This document shows positions 63,001 to 64,000 of a stretch of 64,000 nt of DNA, one piece after another (positions within the stretch are counted from its first letter, which is position 1; each line of letters begins with the position of its first letter). Both the position numbers and the translations under genes were made by a program. Below the pieces are notes generated by a model that did no database searches, had not been told where the DNA came from, and saw nothing but the letters and a program-made list of their open reading frames with translations. This stretch comes from Botryllus schlosseri (lineage: Eukaryota). The DNA lies in assembly GCA_051294905.1 (NCBI GenBank), contig CM119379.1, positions 16,616,001-16,680,000 on the forward strand. Direction: 5' to 3'.

Positions 63001-63731
63001 GAGTACAAATTCTAGGTGCCCCGTTCAACACCGTCACCATCTTCACCATAAGAACACTGCGATCCATCAGCGACGTATTTTTTATCATCTCGATTACGTT
63101 TGGGGAGGTTGATCACTTTTACGTTGTTTTTGGATGATGATTGCCACATCCTGTTTAGCAGGGCTGACCAAAAATTAAGAATCCGACAAATTTGATTCCG
63201 AATTGAGTATTTAGCGTTGAGTGGAATATTCAAGTACCGTTCGTCATGACGTTTTGCATAGTGAGAGTTGAAATTTGCATCGTTTAAGCAATCAGTATGA
63301 AAATACCACTGGTTAGGTTAGGCTTACCAAAATTAATATTTTCATACTTGTAAACCTTTGAACAGTGAACAGTCAAACACAAACTCTTGCTACAGGTCAT
63401 TGATATTGTGTTAATCCCAATCGAGGCTTCTTGGCTTACATCGCAGGAAGGCAGTGCCAAAACGATAATTCCTGTTGATAAAATACTTCCTAGTCATTAA
63501 GGGGTGCACTGCTGTTAAGGTTTAATATCGGTACCCAAGAAATCAGACTTTTGATGCTCGACTAGAGTCCATTTGCCCTGCGCTAGCTTACACCTACAAC
63601 CTTATTACAACACCGTCGTGACTCTTTACATTTGTAGAATCAGAAACCCCTCGGGAAGCCAGTCCGCCATCGAGAGAAAACGTCAGAAAGCCCGCCTGAG
63701 AGACAATGAGAATATTGAAATGATGTTAAAG
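8914..63731 (+). CDS. FAT4: Fat4-like giant atypical cadherin (53 coding exons in window; 3' end continues beyond window)
   Basis: Manual exon chaining: every junction is GT-AG and phases are consistent (12648 nt = 4216 codons). Architecture is SP + ~32 EC + EGFx3-LamG-EGF-LamG-EGF-TM-tail. Two LamG domains separated by an EGF is the Fat4/Drosophila Fat arrangement, not the Fat1-3 one (established knowledge). Orthology was not tested phylogenetically. Confidence 0.88.
9655..9889 (+). CDS. FAT4: Fat4-like exon 2
   Basis: LTPTPYFRL..IDRE..VLDINDNNP; AG/GT flanks. Confidence 0.92.
10812..10964 (+). CDS. FAT4: Fat4-like exon 3
   Basis: HILPFAVDSDAGVN..PIDREER; AG/GT flanks. Confidence 0.92.
11029..11226 (+). 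CDS. FAT4: Fat4-like exon 4
   Basis: YDLNISATDGGSP..VLDVNDNDP. Confidence 0.93.
12432..12667 (+). CDS. FAT4: Fat4-like exon 5
   Basis: GSNGIISY..LDHE..VIDVNDNDP. Confidence 0.93.
14224..14650. mobile_element. hAT-type MITE family 3
   Basis: TIR TAGGGTTGCATTTAAAACA / TGTTTTAAATGCAACCCTA; TSD GCTACAAT / GTTACAAT. Confidence 0.87.
14861..15050 (+). CDS. FAT4: Fat4-like exon 6
   Basis: FLSPASVASIDEHE..VTVSDAD. Confidence 0.9.
16735..16991 (+). CDS. FAT4: Fat4-like exon 7
   Basis: FYNLTVRVHDAD..GENHPPVF..AADDDAGLNG. Confidence 0.92.
19722..23113 (+). CDS. FAT4: Fat4-like exon 8 (giant 3392-bp exon, EC5-EC15)
   Basis: Lies within the 1192-aa ORF 19582-23160; acceptor TTTAG ends 19721, donor GTAAGT 23114; about ten cadherin repeats. 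Confidence 0.95.
24451..24599 (+). CDS. FAT4: Fat4-like exon 9
   Basis: G-TPPKSTRTTVYV continues DKG of exon 8 (phase 1). Confidence 0.85.
25233..25439 (+). CDS. FAT4: Fat4-like exon 10
   Basis: SGSARFYL..LFSVGAKTGAVVT..YRLEV; donor GTGAGT; phase 0 matches exon 11. Confidence 0.85.
25663..25968. mobile_element. Palindromic MITE-like element with internal degenerate (GGGTTA)n tract
   Basis: Imperfect inverted ends GACATAT..GAGCATGCAACAC / GTGTCGCATGCTCATATGTC, GCATG subrepeats; GGGTTA-like repeats at ~25762-25885. Confidence 0.6.
26292..26415. repeat. Dispersed ~120-bp repeat (first copy 1471-1592)
   Basis: Same orientation alignment with 1471-1592. Confidence 0.75.
29964..30478. mobile_element. 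hAT-type MITE family 1, copy 2
   Basis: TIR TAGGGCTGGGCAAAAT / ATTTTGCCCAGCCCTA; perfect TSD GTCGTCAC at 29956-29963 and 30479-30486. Confidence 0.92.
34052..35162. mobile_element. Middle Charlie/Buster-like hAT MITE
   Basis: TIR CAGGGGTGGGCAA / TTGCCCAGGCCTG, GCGGGCCG subterminal repeats; TSD GTCTAGAC at 34044-34051 and 35163-35170 (NTCTAGAN is the known Charlie/Buster target). Confidence 0.9.
34337..34661. mobile_element. Inner hAT MITE
   Basis: TIR CAGTGGTTCTC / GAGAACCACTG; degenerate TSD CACTAGAA / CACGGAAA. Confidence 0.75.
37622..38776 (-). CDS. Intronless caspase (peptidase C14A), copy A, 384 aa; caspase-2/9-like catalytic domain without CARD/DED
   Basis: KRNGS, IVMSHG (catalytic His), KPKMLFFQMCRG (catalytic Cys), SFR.WF, C-terminal LYLFPG; AATAAA on - strand at 37392-37397. 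Confidence 0.93.
   Translation of the reverse strand: MSENQSPRAEAMASTFSGNPIFYGPVHFNITLPAEDTRTTHSKELNEMPVKLGKSASVEDEIDAQVEDCDYEDYVSKNNANDVYPIRGHPKGRILIMNNEFKDQKLKRNGSQEDAKKMVVLWQSLGFAVEFVGDLTAEAMKQTVADFVNSPAMKRAAVCAIIVMSHGEKDDFILGDDMNTKTNVTEIVSEVTRCPVLNGKPKMLFFQMCRGKQAKKYTSVKSPGRGAVESDAVGFIEPQSDSAWLRSLLNSIIKPAKKTHRAPPRYNYNTPRRSTIESDSVESDATAFEYTGMGADLMLAFACQPDHISFRGWFITAIANQFKKRAKDCHVVEIMEHVSREVGEKLSNMPTKMPKYHECTATVESSDSFNGKKLYLFPGFPKPV
38945..39170 (-). promoter_or_regulatory. Putative promoter of caspase A (conserved with 42200-42420 of caspase B)
   Basis: Blocks retained in both copies: GGGGCGCGGGG GC box, TGACG half-CRE, GGAAATTC(T/C) kB-like site, TGACGTTTCG.GAAGTCACATCCG. Function is inferred. 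Confidence 0.45.
39349..39886. mobile_element. hAT-type MITE family 2, copy 2 (inverted relative to copy 1)
   Basis: Same TIRs; TSD CTGGTCAC / CTGATCAC; empty site CTGATCAC at 33747-33754 in duplication unit A. Confidence 0.9.
40888..42048 (-). CDS. Intronless caspase (peptidase C14A), copy B, 386 aa
   Basis: Same motifs (SHG, QMCRG, SFRNKEGSWF, LYLFPG); about 50 substitutions plus two indels vs copy A by manual count; AATAAA on - strand at 40682-40687. Confidence 0.94.
   Translation of the reverse strand: MCDNQSLRAEAMASTFSGNPIFYGPVHFNITLPAEDTRTTHSKELDEMPVKLEKSASVEDEIDAQVEDCAYEDYVSKKNAKGVYPIRGHPKGRILIMNNEFKDHRQKRNGSQEDAKKMVVLWQSLGFAVEFVGDLTAKGMKQTVVDFVNSPAMKRADVCAIIVMSHGEKDDFILGDDMKTKTNVSEIVSAVKQSEVLVGKPKMIFFQMCRGKKAQKYTPVKSPGRGAVESDAIGFTEPKSDSEWLRSLLKSIIKPTKKEHGAPPRYNTPRRSTIESDSVESDASAFEYTDMEADLMVAFACQPDHVSFRNKEGSWFISAIANQFKKRAKDCDVLEIMEHVRREVGEQLSNMATKKPQYHECTATVESSDSFSGKKLYLFPGFPKPV
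42200..42420 (-). promoter_or_regulatory. Putative promoter of caspase B
   Basis: GC box 42203-42213, GGAAATTCCT 42271-42280; paralogous to 38945-39170. Confidence 0.45.
43105..43375 (+). CDS. FAT4: Fat4-like exon 11
   Basis: ITVEVSDENNNPPEF..ATDLDSGD..VDRE. Confidence 0.93.
43984..44190 (+). CDS. FAT4: Fat4-like exon 12
   Basis: VTADDGTH..IEDVNDEAP. Confidence 0.92.
44589..44711 (+). CDS. FAT4: Fat4-like exon 13
   Basis: FTIHANHGTI..LDRE..AIDQG. Confidence 0.9.
45555..45710 (+). CDS. FAT4: Fat4-like exon 14
   Basis: ITDENDHQP..GTDLDLG. Confidence 0.9.
46481..46733 (+). CDS. FAT4: Fat4-like exon 15
   Basis: YSIVSGNP..LDRE..LLDENDNTP. Confidence 0.93.
47223..47452 (+). CDS. FAT4: Fat4-like exon 16
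   Basis: LPENAPVG..AVDPD..LDFE..AKDGG. Confidence 0.93.
47935..48171 (+). CDS. FAT4: Fat4-like exon 17
   Basis: IVDANDNRP..AEDDDTGHN. Confidence 0.93.
48238..48449 (+). CDS. FAT4: Fat4-like exon 18
   Basis: LDFE..AIDGG..VEDVNDWSP. Confidence 0.93.
48881..49070 (+). CDS. FAT4: Fat4-like exon 19
   Basis: FTAIDNDNGNNG..LDRE..ARDRG. Confidence 0.92.
49188..49359 (+). CDS. FAT4: Fat4-like exon 20
   Basis: GSPPRTG..VDDRNEYPP..ATDRD. Confidence 0.92.
49557..49690 (+). CDS. FAT4: Fat4-like exon 21
   Basis: FYINHDDGKI..LDRE. Confidence 0.9.
49745..49867 (+). CDS. FAT4: Fat4-like exon 22
   Basis: VLDVNDNTP. Confidence 0.88.
50042..50202 (+). CDS. FAT4: Fat4-like exon 23
   Basis: EAMDPDSGDNG..FSIDSHTG. 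Confidence 0.92.
50296..50488 (+). CDS. FAT4: Fat4-like exon 24
   Basis: IQAADNGAHP..LHNERQP. Confidence 0.88.
50703..50869 (+). CDS. FAT4: Fat4-like exon 25
   Basis: WFAINPTTG..VDRE. Confidence 0.92.
50931..51045 (+). CDS. FAT4: Fat4-like exon 26
   Basis: ISDVNDNRP..VNDMDEG. Confidence 0.9.
51095..51255 (+). repeat. Local ~170-bp intronic repeat family (also 56085-56260 +, 56948-57087 +, 58244-58407 +, 60072-60136 -, 60900-61001 -, 63933-64000 -)
   Basis: Shared blocks TGACGTCA..GATATACAATG..TTCTCTACTAG.TGCTGAC..GTCAGCCG..AATATT..AATTG.ATA..AAGTTCTGTAC..CCAAGAG. Confidence 0.8.
51568..51688 (+). CDS. FAT4: Fat4-like exon 27
   Basis: GQNAEFSL..LDRE. Confidence 0.9.
51800..51965 (+). CDS. 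FAT4: Fat4-like exon 28
   Basis: ATDRGTP..VDDVNEHEP. Confidence 0.92.
52071..52204 (+). CDS. FAT4: Fat4-like exon 29
   Basis: YFDINHEG..LDRE. Confidence 0.9.
52399..52491 (+). CDS. FAT4: Fat4-like exon 30
   Basis: AFDG..LSDANDNAP. Confidence 0.9.
52555..52660 (+). CDS. FAT4: Fat4-like exon 31
   Basis: FTENTY..ATDVDIGDNG. Confidence 0.9.
52921..53014 (+). CDS. FAT4: Fat4-like exon 32
   Basis: INYRISGG..YFDIDDTG. Confidence 0.88.
53079..53254 (+). CDS. FAT4: Fat4-like exon 33
   Basis: ACDGG..VKSVNEYTP. Confidence 0.9.
53657..53901 (+). CDS. FAT4: Fat4-like exon 34
   Basis: ATDPDPD..VSDDGVP..VTGENVN. Confidence 0.92.
54250..54364 (+). CDS. FAT4: Fat4-like exon 35
   Basis: VPENSEVG..ALDSDYGVNG. 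Confidence 0.92.
54426..54549 (+). CDS. FAT4: Fat4-like exon 36
   Basis: YKIVGGND..LDFE. Confidence 0.92.
54669..54879. mobile_element. CCAGAGGTGG-terminated hAT-like MITE (related ends or fragments near 11401, 26020-26182, 29685-29712, 48598, 52237, 61484, 63850-63894)
   Basis: TIR CCAGAGGTGGTT / AACCACTTCTGG; TSD GTAGCAGC / GTAGCACC; several related ends carry GAAGTACTTC. Confidence 0.7.
55021..55168 (+). CDS. FAT4: Fat4-like exon 37
   Basis: VEDVNDNVP..VFENTPIG. Confidence 0.92.
55249..55396 (+). CDS. FAT4: Fat4-like exon 38
   Basis: AIDEDFGENA..VDYE. Confidence 0.92.
55598..55733 (+). CDS. FAT4: Fat4-like exon 39
   Basis: VLGRNEYRP. Confidence 0.88.
55794..55910 (+). CDS. FAT4: Fat4-like exon 40
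   Basis: ATDRDDDVDG. Confidence 0.9.
56430..56648 (+). CDS. FAT4: Fat4-like exon 41 (last EC + EGF1)
   Basis: ..VTMQVIS-NECHKEPCKNGATCED..CYCLPG. Confidence 0.92.
56706..56897 (+). CDS. FAT4: Fat4-like exon 42 (EGF2, EGF3)
   Basis: IDDCKANPC..CEPGYTGRNC..IDFCESSPCLNGG. Confidence 0.93.
57332..57472 (+). CDS. FAT4: Fat4-like exon 43 (end EGF3, start LamG1)
   Basis: CECPFGAEGDRC..SYI..ISFEFST. Confidence 0.9.
57534..57642 (+). CDS. FAT4: Fat4-like exon 44 (LamG1)
   Basis: NSLLFY..YVALEILDGKI. Confidence 0.9.
57862..58087 (+). CDS. FAT4: Fat4-like exon 45 (LamG1)
   Basis: VNDGAWH..LIVGG. Confidence 0.92.
58504..58749 (+). CDS. FAT4: Fat4-like exon 46 (end LamG1, EGF4)
   Basis: FVGCM..CQNGAGC..CTDGWQGPDC. 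Confidence 0.92.
59207..59425 (+). CDS. FAT4: Fat4-like exon 47 (LamG2)
   Basis: FSGEGY..VEIRFRT. Confidence 0.92.
59490..59744 (+). CDS. FAT4: Fat4-like exon 48 (LamG2)
   Basis: ISDGLWH; acceptor AAAG 59489 gives the required phase 0. Confidence 0.85.
60630..60846 (+). CDS. FAT4: Fat4-like exon 49 (end LamG2, start EGF5)
   Basis: IYIGG..FIGCI. Confidence 0.9.
61122..61306 (+). CDS. FAT4: Fat4-like exon 50 (EGF5 + transmembrane helix)
   Basis: CVCPDG..WWIIVIAVALIGAVGAGLAFFVY-RRKK stop-transfer. Confidence 0.93.
62125..62265 (+). CDS. FAT4: Fat4-like exon 51 (cytoplasmic)
   Basis: CAG/GTAAGT flanks, phase 0, open frame. Confidence 0.8.
62595..62971 (+). CDS. FAT4: Fat4-like exon 52 (cytoplasmic)
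   Basis: CAG/GTAAGT flanks, GC-rich open frame. Confidence 0.8.
63638..63731 (+). CDS. FAT4: Fat4-like exon 53 (cytoplasmic; gene continues)
   Basis: TAG/GTAAT flanks; phase 2 matches exon 52. Confidence 0.7.
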
Positions 63732-64000
63732 GTAATTTTGTGACGGACATTGCAATACCATTACAAAATTAGGTATTCTAGGCCAAGTTTTGCCCCAAAA
63801 ATGAATACTGTTATGTAGTCTAAGATCATAACCAGGCAAAAACTACACGAGTACTTCTAGAAATGTAGAAGTACTTCGTTACCGATCACCTCTGCCGCTG
63901 ATTACGTGATTAAAAATAGCGCCTATACTTTTGAAGATTCTTATAGAGGTACAGAGCTTCATTTTATAATTGAATAGTATATTCATACTCAAATCACCTG

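Overview
Eukaryotic, intron-rich animal DNA. The compact 54-120 bp introns and gene style suggest an invertebrate chordate such as an ascidian, but that is inference. Most of the window (8914 to beyond 63731, + strand) is one giant Fat4-like atypical cadherin gene. I traced 53 GT-AG coding exons with consistent phases, totalling 12648 nt or 4216 codons. They encode a signal peptide, about 32 cadherin repeats, EGF x3, LamG, EGF, LamG, EGF, a TM helix and a cytoplasmic tail that runs off the window. One exon is 3.4 kb; all others are under 400 bp. A 17.7-kb intron (25440-43104) holds a head-to-tail duplicated pair of intronless, antisense, CARD-less caspase genes (384 and 386 aa). Both have a QMCRG active site and an invariant N-terminal motif that resembles cryptic-RHIM amyloid motifs. 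One copy has a 4-aa deletion in the substrate-binding loop. Non-coding DNA carries many non-autonomous hAT-type MITEs with 8-bp TSDs, including a triple-nested set, and a local ~170-bp intronic repeat family in the 3' half. No prokaryotic features, rRNA, tRNA or CRISPR arrays were seen.
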